Shown: positions 40,307 to 48,797 of the stretch, piece after piece
Position numbering within the stretch: the stretch's first letter is position 1
Layout: every line of letters begins with the position of its first letter
Assembly: GCA_965228475.1 (NCBI GenBank)
Contig: OZ245817.1
Coordinates: 576,001 to 640,000, forward strand
DNA length: 64,000 nucleotides
Direction of reading: 5' to 3'
Source: Myxococcota bacterium
GTDB lineage: Bacteria; Myxococcota_A; UBA9160; JAFDDA01
The notes under the pieces: generated by a model
The model's database searches: none
Seen by the model: the letters and a program-made list of their open reading frames with translations, nothing else
Told to the model about the DNA's origin: nothing
Program-made: the position numbers and the translations under genes

Positions 40307-40504
40307 GGCTGGCCTCGTGGTGAAAGGGCTTCACGCGTTTCAGGTCATCCCTTCATTCGGCCAGTCCGGATTTTTCCTTGAGAGTCCGCTTGCTCCGGCG
40401 GTTCCTGCGCCGGAACGGGGGGAAGCTGCGCCTGGCGGGGCCCCGAAGCGCGATTCCCGCGCGTTTTCGTCAAGTCACGGGGATCCGTTGCCGCAGAAGG
40501 AGGG

Positions 40505-41650
40505 GTGAGGGCCCTCTACCGGCAGGTGATCGACGACCCCGCGGACGCCGCGGCCTGGCGAGACCTCGCCCGGGACTTCGCCCGCCGCGGGCGGGTCGCC
40601 CGCGCCGTGGCCTGCCTCGATGCCCTCGAGGCGGCGTCCCCGGCCGCGCTGCCTGGCGACGCCCTCGAGCTCCGCCGCAGGGCGGGCCGCGCGGCCATCG
40701 AGCGCCGCCGAACTCTTCGCGCCGCGCTGCCCGAAGGCGATGCGGCGCGCGTGAGCGTGTTGCTGCGGGGTCGAGCGGGCGACGCGCAGACCGAGAAGAC
40801 GCGCGAGAGCATCGCCGCCCAGAGCCTCGGCGCCTCCGCCTGCGAGGTCTTCGTCGAGGACGACCCGTGCGCCGCGCTCGCCCACGCGCGCGGCCGCTAC
40901 GTCGCCTGCGTCGACGCCGGGGACGAACTCTGGCCCGACCACCTCGAGATGCTCGCCGACCACCTCGACCGCACCGGCCGGGCCATGACCTACTCCCAGG
41001 CCCTTCGCCCCGGGCCCCGCGTGACCGAGGCGCAGCCCGTCCTACCCCGCGCGGCGGTGCGGGCGGAGTTCGCGCCCAATTCCTGCGTGTTGGTCCGCCG
41101 CAGCGCCCTGTTCGGACTCGGCGGGTTCGAGCCCGGGCTCGGCCGAGGCCAGGCCTGGCACCTGCAACGACGGCTCGTCGACCGCCTGACGGCCGACTCG
41201 GTGCCGGTGCTCTCGGCAAGGCTCGGGGACGAGGACGTCTCCACGGAGCGGCGCTTCGACCTCCTGCTCGTGCAGCGCGGAGCGTTGGCCCGGGCACGCC
41301 GTCTCCACCGCAAGGGTCTCCGGCATCTCACGCGCGGGGATCTGCGGCTCGCGGCACAGGATCTCGCGCGCGCCTGGAACCACGGGATCGAGGTGGCGCC
41401 CTACGTCGCCGCGATGGCCCGGGTGGCCGAGCATGCGCCTTCGTTGGCGGGAGACCTCGCGGCTCTGGCCGGCCGAGAGATCGAGGCGCACGTCCGCGGG
41501 GCGTTCCGCAAGATCGCCCGAGGGGCCGAGGCGCGGCGCGAGCTCGCCGTGCGCATCCACCGCAACGCCCTGCGCAAGCGCTACGGCGCGGCGGAACGCC
41601 GAGGCCGCGAACGCGCGCGCGCGCTCGGCTGGGTGGAAGCCGGGTTCTGA
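40505..41650 (+). CDS. TPR-like helices plus degenerate GT2 (GT-A) domain
   Basis: VSVLL...SIAAQS...EVFVEDD, ARGRYVACVDAGDELWPDHL, LGGFEP; SD AAGGAG, GTG start. Confidence 0.68.
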   Translation: MRALYRQVIDDPADAAAWRDLARDFARRGRVARAVACLDALEAASPAALPGDALELRRRAGRAAIERRRTLRAALPEGDAARVSVLLRGRAGDAQTEKTRESIAAQSLGASACEVFVEDDPCAALAHARGRYVACVDAGDELWPDHLEMLADHLDRTGRAMTYSQALRPGPRVTEAQPVLPRAAVRAEFAPNSCVLVRRSALFGLGGFEPGLGRGQAWHLQRRLVDRLTADSVPVLSARLGDEDVSTERRFDLLLVQRGALARARRLHRKGLRHLTRGDLRLAAQDLARAWNHGIEVAPYVAAMARVAEHAPSLAGDLAALAGREIEAHVRGAFRKIARGAEARRELAVRIHRNALRKRYGAAERRGRERARALGWVEAGF

Positions 41651-41685
41651 GCCCGAGCGGGTAGAACGGGCAGTTCGCGGCGCTC

Positions 41686-42591
41686 CTAGAACGGCGGCGG
41701 CGCGGGGGTGCCTCTTCGCCGTCCGCGCTTCGCGTTCGTTTCCTGCACATCGCCCTCGGAGGCGCGCCGCTGCCGGAGGCGTTCGCGCGTCGCCTCGGCC
41801 GCGAGGCGCGCACCGGTCGCCGACCAGTGGTACCAGCGGCCGTGGTGGGCCACGAGCCGCAGGCGGTTCGTGCGCGGGGCTTCGGGGGCGGCTTCGTCGA
41901 GGCCGCCCGGCGAGGAGGCCGGGAGGGGCTGCCGGTCCCCGGCGGCTTCGACCGCCGGCGCGTAGCGCACCCGCGACCGCGGCTGGTAGTGCACCTCCAT
42001 GCCGACCTGCCGCGCCCGCGCGCTCCAGGCCACGTCGTGGAGATGGTCCCCGTAGCTTTCGTCCATGGCGCCGGCGCGGTCGAAGGCCTGATTGCGGACG
42101 AGCATGGCGACGGCCGTGGCGAACTCGGTCGGCCCCGGCCGGTCGAAGGCTTCGGGGTCGGCGGTGCCGCCCCCGCGTCGGAGCGCGCGCCCGCGCCACC
42201 AATCGATCCGTCCCCCCGCGTACCAGAGGCGTTCCGGGCTCCCGGGGAGCACGATCTTCGGCGACACCAGCGCGCAGCGCGGTCGCCACTTCATGACTTC
42301 GAGGAGCGGTTCGAGGAAGCCCGGCTCGGGGCGCGCATCCTCCGAGAGGACGAGAACGCAATCGTCGCCGGCGCCCGAGAACGCGCGGCGCAGGCCCCGG
42401 TTGTGGGCGGCTGCGAGGCCGTGGCCCGGGGGCACGGGCCAGACGTCGACGCCCGCGGGCGCTTCCGCCCGCGCACCGTCGCAAAGCAGCCGGAGCCGCG
42501 TTCCTTCGGGCAGGAGCGGGGCGACGTGTTCGAGGCACGCCTGCGCGGCTTCGGTGCCGCGCTGGCGGAAGACGTGGACGGAAACCTGCAA
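41686..42591 (-). CDS. GT2-family glycosyltransferase (WbbL/RfbF-like), divergent motifs
   Basis: GLAAAHNRG, VLVLSED, PKI..LWYAGG, AMLVR..FDRAGAMDE; TTG start after GAGGAGG. Confidence 0.75.
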   Translation of the reverse strand: MQVSVHVFRQRGTEAAQACLEHVAPLLPEGTRLRLLCDGARAEAPAGVDVWPVPPGHGLAAAHNRGLRRAFSGAGDDCVLVLSEDARPEPGFLEPLLEVMKWRPRCALVSPKIVLPGSPERLWYAGGRIDWWRGRALRRGGGTADPEAFDRPGPTEFATAVAMLVRNQAFDRAGAMDESYGDHLHDVAWSARARQVGMEVHYQPRSRVRYAPAVEAAGDRQPLPASSPGGLDEAAPEAPRTNRLRLVAHHGRWYHWSATGARLAAEATRERLRQRRASEGDVQETNAKRGRRRGTPAPPPF

Positions 42592-42743
42592 GGTCGAAAC
42601 CTCCTCGAGATCGTCGCTCCCGCCCGGCTTGCCGGCGGGCGGCGGCACGCGCAAACTCCCGGCAGGGACCCTTCACGCGTACGCAACTGGCATCGGCAGA
42701 GCGGAGGCATCCCTGTAGGCGCAGACCGCGCCGGGAGCCCTCC

Positions 42744-43523
42744 ATGTCCGAGGTTCTGACGATCGAGAAGAGCGACGGCGTGGCCGTCGTGACGCTCTCC
42801 CGCCCGGAGGCGATGAACGCGCTCTCCCGGGAGCTCCGGGGGGCCCTGGTCGAGGCCTTCGCGGCCCTGGCCGCCGACGGCGAGACCCGGGCCATCGTCC
42901 TCACCGGGGCCGGGCGCGCCTTCTGCGCAGGCCTCGATCTGAAGGAGCTTTCGGCGCCCGGGGGGCCGACCTCGGGCATGAGCGAAGTCGACGTGGTCGG
43001 CGCCGTCGAGCGCTTCCCCGGCCCGGTGATCGGGGCGATCAACGGCTTCGCCATCACCGGCGGTTTCGAGCTGGCCCTGGCCTGTGACGTGCTCGTGGCC
43101 TCCAGCGAGGCCCGCTTCGCCGATACCCACGCGCGGGTGGGCATCCTCCCCGGCTGGGGGCTCTCCCAGAAACTCTCGCGCGCCATTGGCATCTATCGGG
43201 CGAAAGAGATCTCGCTCTCGGGCAACTTCGTGGGCGCCGAGCAGGCCTGCGCGTGGGGCCTCGTGAATCGCGTGGTGGCGCCGGAGGCGCTCCTCGAGAC
43301 CTGCCGCGCGCTCGCGAAGGACATGCTCTCCTGCGAGCCGACGGTCCTGCGGGAGTACAAGCGGGTGATCGACGAGGGCTACGCCATGGACTTCGCCGAG
43401 GGGCTCGCGCTCGAGGGCCGCGTGGCCCGGGAGCACGCGAAAGAGGTCTCCCCGGAGACGGTGGCCGAGCGCCGCCGCGGCGTGATGGCGCGAGGACGCG
43501 ACCAGAGTTCGGGAGGGACATGA
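42744..43523 (+). CDS. enoyl-CoA hydratase
   Basis: RPEAMNAL, FCAGLDL, AITGGFELALACD, FADTHARVG. Confidence 0.92.
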   Translation: MSEVLTIEKSDGVAVVTLSRPEAMNALSRELRGALVEAFAALAADGETRAIVLTGAGRAFCAGLDLKELSAPGGPTSGMSEVDVVGAVERFPGPVIGAINGFAITGGFELALACDVLVASSEARFADTHARVGILPGWGLSQKLSRAIGIYRAKEISLSGNFVGAEQACAWGLVNRVVAPEALLETCRALAKDMLSCEPTVLREYKRVIDEGYAMDFAEGLALEGRVAREHAKEVSPETVAERRRGVMARGRDQSSGGT

Positions 43524-44218
43524 GCGAGATCATCCTCTACGGGCCTGCCATCGCTCCCTACACGGAGAAGGTCGCGCGGGGTCTCGGCCTGAAGAAGCTT
43601 CCGTTCCGCCACGTCGAGCCCCAGGGCCCCGAGGACTACAGGCGTTACAGCCCGGACACGGGGCTCCTGCCCGCGATCACCATCGACGGCGGGACGCCCA
43701 TCCCGGACTCGACGGAGATCCTCCACGCCCTCGACGAGCGCTTCCCGGACCCGCCGCTGCTTTCGCGCGACCCGAGCGTCGCCTCGCGCCAGCGCGGGCT
43801 CGAGGACTGGGCCGACGAATCCTTCTTCTGGTACTGGAACCAGTGGCGGGCCATGCTCGAGGAGCGCGGAGACCTCGACGAGTCCGGCGAGCCCTACCGC
43901 TTCTCCTGGCTCGCGCCGCGCACCTGGTTCGAGGCGCTCGGGCGCCCCGCCGGCCTCGGCGTCGACCGCAGCCGCGAACGGTTCCTGCTGGGTGAGGTCG
44001 AGCATCGCATGGACGACCTGGTCGGCTGGCTCGGTCCGCGCCCGTACTTCTACGCCGACGAGCCGAGCATGGCGGACCTCGCCGTCTACGCGATGCTCGT
44101 GCGCATTCGCGAAGGCGCCTTCGGCCCTCCGGGCCGGCTGCTCGACCGGCGCCCCGCGCTCGTGAGCTTCATGCGCCGCATCGAGAAGGTCACGGCCCCC
44201 GTAGAGCCCGAGGCCTGA
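43520..44218 (+). CDS. glutathione S-transferase family protein
   Basis: MSEIILYG..APYTEKV, GLLPAI, DSTEI, ADLAVY; ATGA overlap. Confidence 0.87.
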   Translation: MSEIILYGPAIAPYTEKVARGLGLKKLPFRHVEPQGPEDYRRYSPDTGLLPAITIDGGTPIPDSTEILHALDERFPDPPLLSRDPSVASRQRGLEDWADESFFWYWNQWRAMLEERGDLDESGEPYRFSWLAPRTWFEALGRPAGLGVDRSRERFLLGEVEHRMDDLVGWLGPRPYFYADEPSMADLAVYAMLVRIREGAFGPPGRLLDRRPALVSFMRRIEKVTAPVEPEA

Positions 44219-44222
44219 GGCC

Positions 44223-44690
44223 CTAGAGGCCGCCGAGCTTCCGGAGCGCCCGCCACTCCGCGGCGGTGACGGGCTGCACGGAGAGCCGGCTTCCCTTCCG
44301 CAGGAGTTCCATCTTCGCGAGGGCCTTCACCGTGCGAAGCTCCGCGAGGGGCAGCTCCCTCTTGAACGGCTTGCCGTACTTCACGTCGACGGCATCCCAG
44401 CGCGGGGCGTCGGGCTTCGACTTCGGGTCGAAGTAGTTCGATTTCTCGTCGAACTGGTAGGGGTCGGGGTACGCCTCGCGCACGATCCTGGCGGTCCCGA
44501 CCGCGGCCGGCGGGTCGGCGCTCGAGTGGTAGAAGACGACCTCGTCGCCCTTCTTCATCTCGCGCATCAGGTTGCGCGCCTGGTAGTTCCGCACGCCTTC
44601 CCAGCAGGTGGTCTTCTTCGGGCTCTTCGCGAGGTCGTCGAAGGAGAACGTCCCCGGTTCGCTCTTCATGAGCCAGTAGCGCTTGGCCAT
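44223..44690 (-). CDS. EVE-domain (PUA-like) protein
   Basis: YWLMKSEP, WEGVRNYQARN, FYHS, SRLSVQPV. Confidence 0.93.
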   Translation of the reverse strand: MAKRYWLMKSEPGTFSFDDLAKSPKKTTCWEGVRNYQARNLMREMKKGDEVVFYHSSADPPAAVGTARIVREAYPDPYQFDEKSNYFDPKSKPDAPRWDAVDVKYGKPFKRELPLAELRTVKALAKMELLRKGSRLSVQPVTAAEWRALRKLGGL

Positions 44691-44722
44691 CGGTGGTTGC
44701 TCCGAGAGGGTTCGATCGCGCG

Positions 44723-45691
44723 CTAGACGAGCGCGCGAAGGGTCAGGTAGCCGAGATAGATCGTCAGAAGCAGCGCCCCTTCGAATCGCAGGATGTGCTG
44801 GCCCTGGGTGACGGAGACGAGCCAGAGCAGCAGGGAGAGGGCGCCGAGCAGGAGGAGGTCGAAGGTCGCGCCGTCGGGGATGGGGATCGGCTGCACGAGC
44901 GAGGTGAGCCCGCCGACGAGCAGCAGGTTGAAGATGTTCGATCCGACGACGTTGCCGACGGCGAGGGCCGCCTCGTTGCGGACCATCGCGGTCACCGTGG
45001 CCGCGAGCTCCGGGAGGCTCGTGCCGATCGCGAGCACCGTCAGCCCGATGATCACCTCCGGCACCCCGAGGGCGCGCGCGAGGTCCGAGGCGCCTTCGAC
45101 CGTGAGGTTCGCGCCGAAGGTCAAAAGGCCCAGCCCGATCCCGATCAGGGCGAAGTTCCAGAGCACCGTTCCCTCGGTCGCGTCCTTCGAGATCAGGTCG
45201 GATTCGATCGGGTCTTCGCGGCGGCGGAGGAAGTCGCCGAGGGTGTAGTAGATGAAGACGACGAAGAAGAGCAGCAGGATGAAGCCGTCGCCGCGGTCGA
45301 ACCAGGTCGGGCGGCCCGAGAGCTGGTGATCGAAGGCCATGCCCATGGCGGCGGCCGTCGCGAGGATCATCATCGGGATCTCGCGCCGAACGACGACGTC
45401 CTGCACGGGGATCGGGCGGAAGAGCGCCGCCAGCCCGAAGATCAGGCCGATGTTGGCGAGGTTCGAGCCGACGATGTTGCCGAAGGAGAGGCCGCCGCTG
45501 CCGCGGACCGCGGCGAGCAGGTTCACCGCGAGCTCCGGCGCGCTCGTTCCGAAGGCGACGATGGTGAGGCCCACCGCGAGCGGCGACACGCCGAGCAGTC
45601 GCGCGAGCCGCGAGGCCCCGCGGACCAGGAGATCGCCGCCGCCGAGCAGCATCCCCATGCCCACGATGACCATGGCGAGATGGAGGGTCAC
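44723..45691 (-). CDS. calcium/sodium antiporter (YrbG, CaCA family)
   Basis: Alpha repeats GTSAPE/GNIVGSN and GTSLPE/GNVVGSN; GTGA overlap. Confidence 0.92.
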   Translation of the reverse strand: MTLHLAMVIVGMGMLLGGGDLLVRGASRLARLLGVSPLAVGLTIVAFGTSAPELAVNLLAAVRGSGGLSFGNIVGSNLANIGLIFGLAALFRPIPVQDVVVRREIPMMILATAAAMGMAFDHQLSGRPTWFDRGDGFILLLFFVVFIYYTLGDFLRRREDPIESDLISKDATEGTVLWNFALIGIGLGLLTFGANLTVEGASDLARALGVPEVIIGLTVLAIGTSLPELAATVTAMVRNEAALAVGNVVGSNIFNLLLVGGLTSLVQPIPIPDGATFDLLLLGALSLLLWLVSVTQGQHILRFEGALLLTIYLGYLTLRALV

Positions 45692-46071
45692 GCTCCGGGC
45701 GCTCCCGTCCCGGCCGGCCGGGTGGGGAGCTTGATGCGAGGCTTCTCGGGGTGCGGGCGATAGAGGATCGCCGTGTGGCCGACGAGTCCACACAGCGCGG
45801 CCCCGGTGCCCTCGGAAAGCGTGCGCGCGATGGCCTTCTTGTCGTCGGGCTGGTGCATGCGCACCTTGACGAGTTCGTGATCCGCAAGCGCCTGATCGAC
45901 GGCGGCGAGGACGGCTTCGGTCGGGCCTTCGGCGCCGACGAAGGCGATGGGGGAGAGCCCGTGCGCCTTTCCGCGCAGGGCACGCTTCTGGAAGCCCGCG
46001 AGGGCGGGGGCTTCGGCTCGCGCATCGGGTTCGCGCTGCTTCTCGGGCTGTCTGGGTTCGGCGTCGCTCAC
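45688..46071 (-). CDS. yhbY: YhbY (CRM-domain) RNA-binding protein
   Basis: KRALRGKAHGL, ALADHELVKV, VGHTAILYR. Confidence 0.87.
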   Translation of the reverse strand: MSDAEPRQPEKQREPDARAEAPALAGFQKRALRGKAHGLSPIAFVGAEGPTEAVLAAVDQALADHELVKVRMHQPDDKKAIARTLSEGTGAALCGLVGHTAILYRPHPEKPRIKLPTRPAGTGAPGA

Positions 46072-46150
46072 CACGGCTCCTGGGAGCGGAAGCGCCCCGG
46101 GGACCGGGCAGCGTAGTGCGAACGGGGAGCGCGGGCACGCCCGCGCCCCC

Positions 46151-47005
46151 CTAGCCGCCGCTCGAATCGCCCGGCCCGCCGCCGGAGCCCGATCGGCCCG
46201 GCAGCACGTGCTGGGTGATCGCCCCGTCCTGCTGGAAGCCCAGGTCGACGTAGACCGGATAGCCCTCGGCCGAGGCCTGGAGGACCGCCAGGGCGAAGCC
46301 TTCGTCCCGGGCCTCGAGCAGGGGGGCCTGGGCGATCGCCCGGCCGATGCCCCGCCCGCGGGCCGCCGGTACCAGCGCGAGGTTGTAGAGGCCCGCGACG
46401 CCCGCGCAGCGGAAGAGCGAGGCCGAGGCGACCGGCGTGCCGTCGAGGTAGCCGACCCAGTGCTCGAAGGGGACGTCCGGGCCGAAGCCGAACTGGATCA
46501 TCGCCTCGGTGTAGATGGCGACCACCGGGTCCGGGAAGCCGAAGGCCACGCGGACCGCGCGGCTCCAGTCCGCCGCCAGGCTCCGGTTCCATACCCGTTC
46601 GATGCGGAAGCCGGGGATCCGCGGCGACTCCGGCTCGAAGCCGTCGAGCTCGAGCGACATGCAGGGCTGCGACGCCACGGAGAGGAGCCCCTGGCGCTCG
46701 AGCGCCTTGGCGAGGTTCGCCGGGCGGGTGCGCGGCCCCGTCCACCACATCATCGGGACGCCCCGGTCCACGTAGGGCGCGAGGATGCCGACGACGGTGG
46801 CGTCCACGTTCGCCTCGGCGAAGCTCGCGCCGAGGACGGAGTTGAACAGCGGGAAGGGGACGTCGGAGATCGAGCGCAGCGCGACGCCGTCCCGCCGCAC
46901 CTGGATGCGCGAGTTGCCGACGAAGGACTCGAACAGGCCGAAGAGGTTCTCCTCGTTGGCCCGGATGCGTCCTTCACGGGACAGGTCTGTCGAGATCTCG
47001 AACAT
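46151..47005 (-). CDS. GNAT acetyltransferase (two-lobe, about 285 aa)
   Basis: AGLYNLALVPAARGRGIG, LQASAEGYPVYVDLGF; N-terminal FPLFN...MWW lobe. Confidence 0.87.
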   Translation of the reverse strand: MFEISTDLSREGRIRANEENLFGLFESFVGNSRIQVRRDGVALRSISDVPFPLFNSVLGASFAEANVDATVVGILAPYVDRGVPMMWWTGPRTRPANLAKALERQGLLSVASQPCMSLELDGFEPESPRIPGFRIERVWNRSLAADWSRAVRVAFGFPDPVVAIYTEAMIQFGFGPDVPFEHWVGYLDGTPVASASLFRCAGVAGLYNLALVPAARGRGIGRAIAQAPLLEARDEGFALAVLQASAEGYPVYVDLGFQQDGAITQHVLPGRSGSGGGPGDSSGG

Positions 47006-47070
47006 CGCGTTTCCGAAGTCTCGGGCTCTCCGTACGAGAGCGGTTCTGGGTCGACGGGGCCTGGGCCCCG

Positions 47071-47114
47071 AAAGCAATCGGCCCCCCGGTGGCGAGCACC
47101 GGGAGGCCGATTGC
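47071..47114 (-). terminator. terminator hairpin of a candidate attenuator upstream of the GNAT gene
   Basis: 18-bp stem (17 WC pairs plus 1 G-U on the minus strand), 5-nt loop, followed by TTT; about 65 nt upstream of the GNAT start. Confidence 0.65.
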
Positions 47115-47135
47115 GAAAGAAGGGCTCTTCCTGGC

Positions 47136-47345
47136 CTAGGGTGCTCGGGTCTCCGCCGCGGGCGGGACGATGCGCGTCTTGCCGAAGTCGATGGCCGTGG
47201 CCCAGCCCCGCGAGAGGGCGGACGTGCCGACGACGCTCGCGAAACGCCCGAAGGCGCCGCCTGCAAGCCCGAAGGCGCCGCCTGCAAGCCCGAAGGCGCC
47301 GCCTGCGCAGTGCATCGAATTCGTGTTGTGGTGGATCGCGCCCAT
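47136..47345 (-). CDS. 69-aa candidate leader peptide with GGAFG(LA) repeats
   Basis: SD AAGGGGGAG, upstream sigma70-like promoter, stop codon sits within an antiterminator helix. Confidence 0.55.
   Translation of the reverse strand: MGAIHHNTNSMHCAGGAFGLAGGAFGLAGGAFGRFASVVGTSALSRGWATAIDFGKTRIVPPAAETRAP
47246..47306. repeat. 21-bp tandem repeat, about 2.9 copies
   Basis: GCCCGAAGGCGCCGCCTGCAA at 47246 and 47267, partial copy at 47288. Confidence 0.95.
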
Positions 47346-47365
47346 CGCTCCCCCTTGAAGCGCCG

Positions 47366-47395
47366 ACCGTACCGGCTCCGGGACCCCATCGTCAA
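47366..47395 (-). promoter_or_regulatory. sigma70-type promoter for the leader-GNAT unit
   Basis: TTGACG-N18-TACGGT on the minus strand; predicted TSS near 47359. Confidence 0.6.
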
Positions 47396-47460
47396 GCGGG
47401 CCTCCGGACTGTTACGTTTTCTTCGTCGAGGGAGCGCTCGGGGCCGAACGGGAGGCCAGC

Positions 47461-47901
47461 ATGGGACTCGTGAAGAAGATCTTGGGGTGGGCGGTGGCGC
47501 TGGTCGTGGGCGTTCTCGTGCTCCAGCTCGTCGCCTCCGAGAGTGGCGAGGTCGTGACCCTGCGGACCTTCGGCCCGGACGGTGCCGCGGAGACCCGCCT
47601 CTGGGTGGCCGAGGACCGCGGCGCCGCGTGGCTGCGCGCGGGGCACCCGGGCTCGAGCTGGTACCAGCGGATCCTCGCGAACCCGGACATCGAAGTGGAG
47701 CGCGGCGGCGAGCTCTCCGAGTACAAGGCCTTCCCGGTCGAAGGCGGGCCCGCGCGCGACCGGATCAACGACCGGATGCGCGAGAAGTACGGCTGGGCGG
47801 ACCAGGTCATCGACATGATGTTCGGCCGGACCGACGCGGTCCCGATCCGCCTCGACCCGCGCGGGACGCCCAACGTCCCACGCCTGCCGGGCGAGTCCTA
47901 G
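47461..47901 (+). CDS. membrane-anchored split beta-barrel (FDOR/Ddn- or DUF2255-like) protein
   Basis: TLRT..ETRLWV, WYQRILANPDIEV, MREKYG; SD GGAGG. Confidence 0.7.
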   Translation: MGLVKKILGWAVALVVGVLVLQLVASESGEVVTLRTFGPDGAAETRLWVAEDRGAAWLRAGHPGSSWYQRILANPDIEVERGGELSEYKAFPVEGGPARDRINDRMREKYGWADQVIDMMFGRTDAVPIRLDPRGTPNVPRLPGES

Positions 47902-47920
47902 TCCGCGCTGCCGCGCACGC

Positions 47921-48730
47921 CTAGCGCCGAGCGCGCGGGCGGAAGGCGATGAAGGTGGTGTCGTCGGGCTTCGAGGGCTCTTCGTCGTCCTCGCCGGCCA
48001 TGCGCTGGTGTGCGGTGTCGAGCAGGGAGGCCGCGGCGTCGGCCACCGGCCCCTTGCGGATCGTGTCGACGATCTCTTCCAGGTGGACGTTGTCGAGCAG
48101 GCCGTCGCTCGCGAGCACGACGGTGTCGTAGGCCGCGAGGGGCCGCGCGGAGCCGACCTCGATGCGCATGTCTTCAGCGCCGACCATGTTCGAAATCAGA
48201 TGCAGCTCGTCGTGGTGGAGCGCGTCGCTCTCGTCGATCATGCCCGCTTCGACGCCGTAGCCGACCGGGGAGTGGGAGACGGTCTGGAGCTTTCGCCGCC
48301 CGCGCTGGCCGACGACGAGGATCATCGAGTCGCCCACGTGGTAGGTGCGCAGGCGGCCCGCCTCGATCTCGGCGACGACCAGGGTCGTGGCCGCGCCGAC
48401 GCCGAGGGACTTCACCCGCTCGTTGGCGCGCTCGAAGGCGTCGAGGATCGCCGGGCGGAGGCTGCCCTCGCGCGCGTCGCTCGCCAGGACGGAGTCGACC
48501 AGGGTCTCGAGGGCGATGCGCGCGGCCTTGTCGCCCGAAGGCTGGCCGCCGGCGCCGTCGGCGACCGCCAGCACGCCGCGGCCGGGGCCGAGTTCGACGA
48601 GGGCGGCCCCGTCCTGGTTGCCGCCGCGCTCGCCGGGGCGGGGTGCCGTGAACACGGCGAGCTCGCCCCCCGCGAACGGGTGGCGCTCGGGCGCGTCCAT
48701 GACGCGGTCCACGAGGATCCTCGCCGGCAT
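47921..48730 (-). CDS. PP2C-family Ser/Thr phosphatase
   Basis: NQD, AVADGAGG, HVGDS, ASDGL, DDTT. Confidence 0.9.
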   Translation of the reverse strand: MPARILVDRVMDAPERHPFAGGELAVFTAPRPGERGGNQDGAALVELGPGRGVLAVADGAGGQPSGDKAARIALETLVDSVLASDAREGSLRPAILDAFERANERVKSLGVGAATTLVVAEIEAGRLRTYHVGDSMILVVGQRGRRKLQTVSHSPVGYGVEAGMIDESDALHHDELHLISNMVGAEDMRIEVGSARPLAAYDTVVLASDGLLDNVHLEEIVDTIRKGPVADAAASLLDTAHQRMAGEDDEEPSKPDDTTFIAFRPRARR

Positions 48731-48797
48731 GGACTTCTGTTAGGCGTTTTCTCGCCGGGCTTCAAACCCGATCGGCGCCGGGCTGCGGCGCCGCGCG

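Noticed and set aside
47246..47306. Possible CRISPR array
   Set aside because: The repeats are head-to-tail with no spacers, and there are no cas genes.
46151..47395. 414-aa N-terminally extended GNAT
   Set aside because: The extension is low-complexity, crosses a terminator hairpin and begins at the -35 box TTG. The ATG at 47005 fits the domain better.
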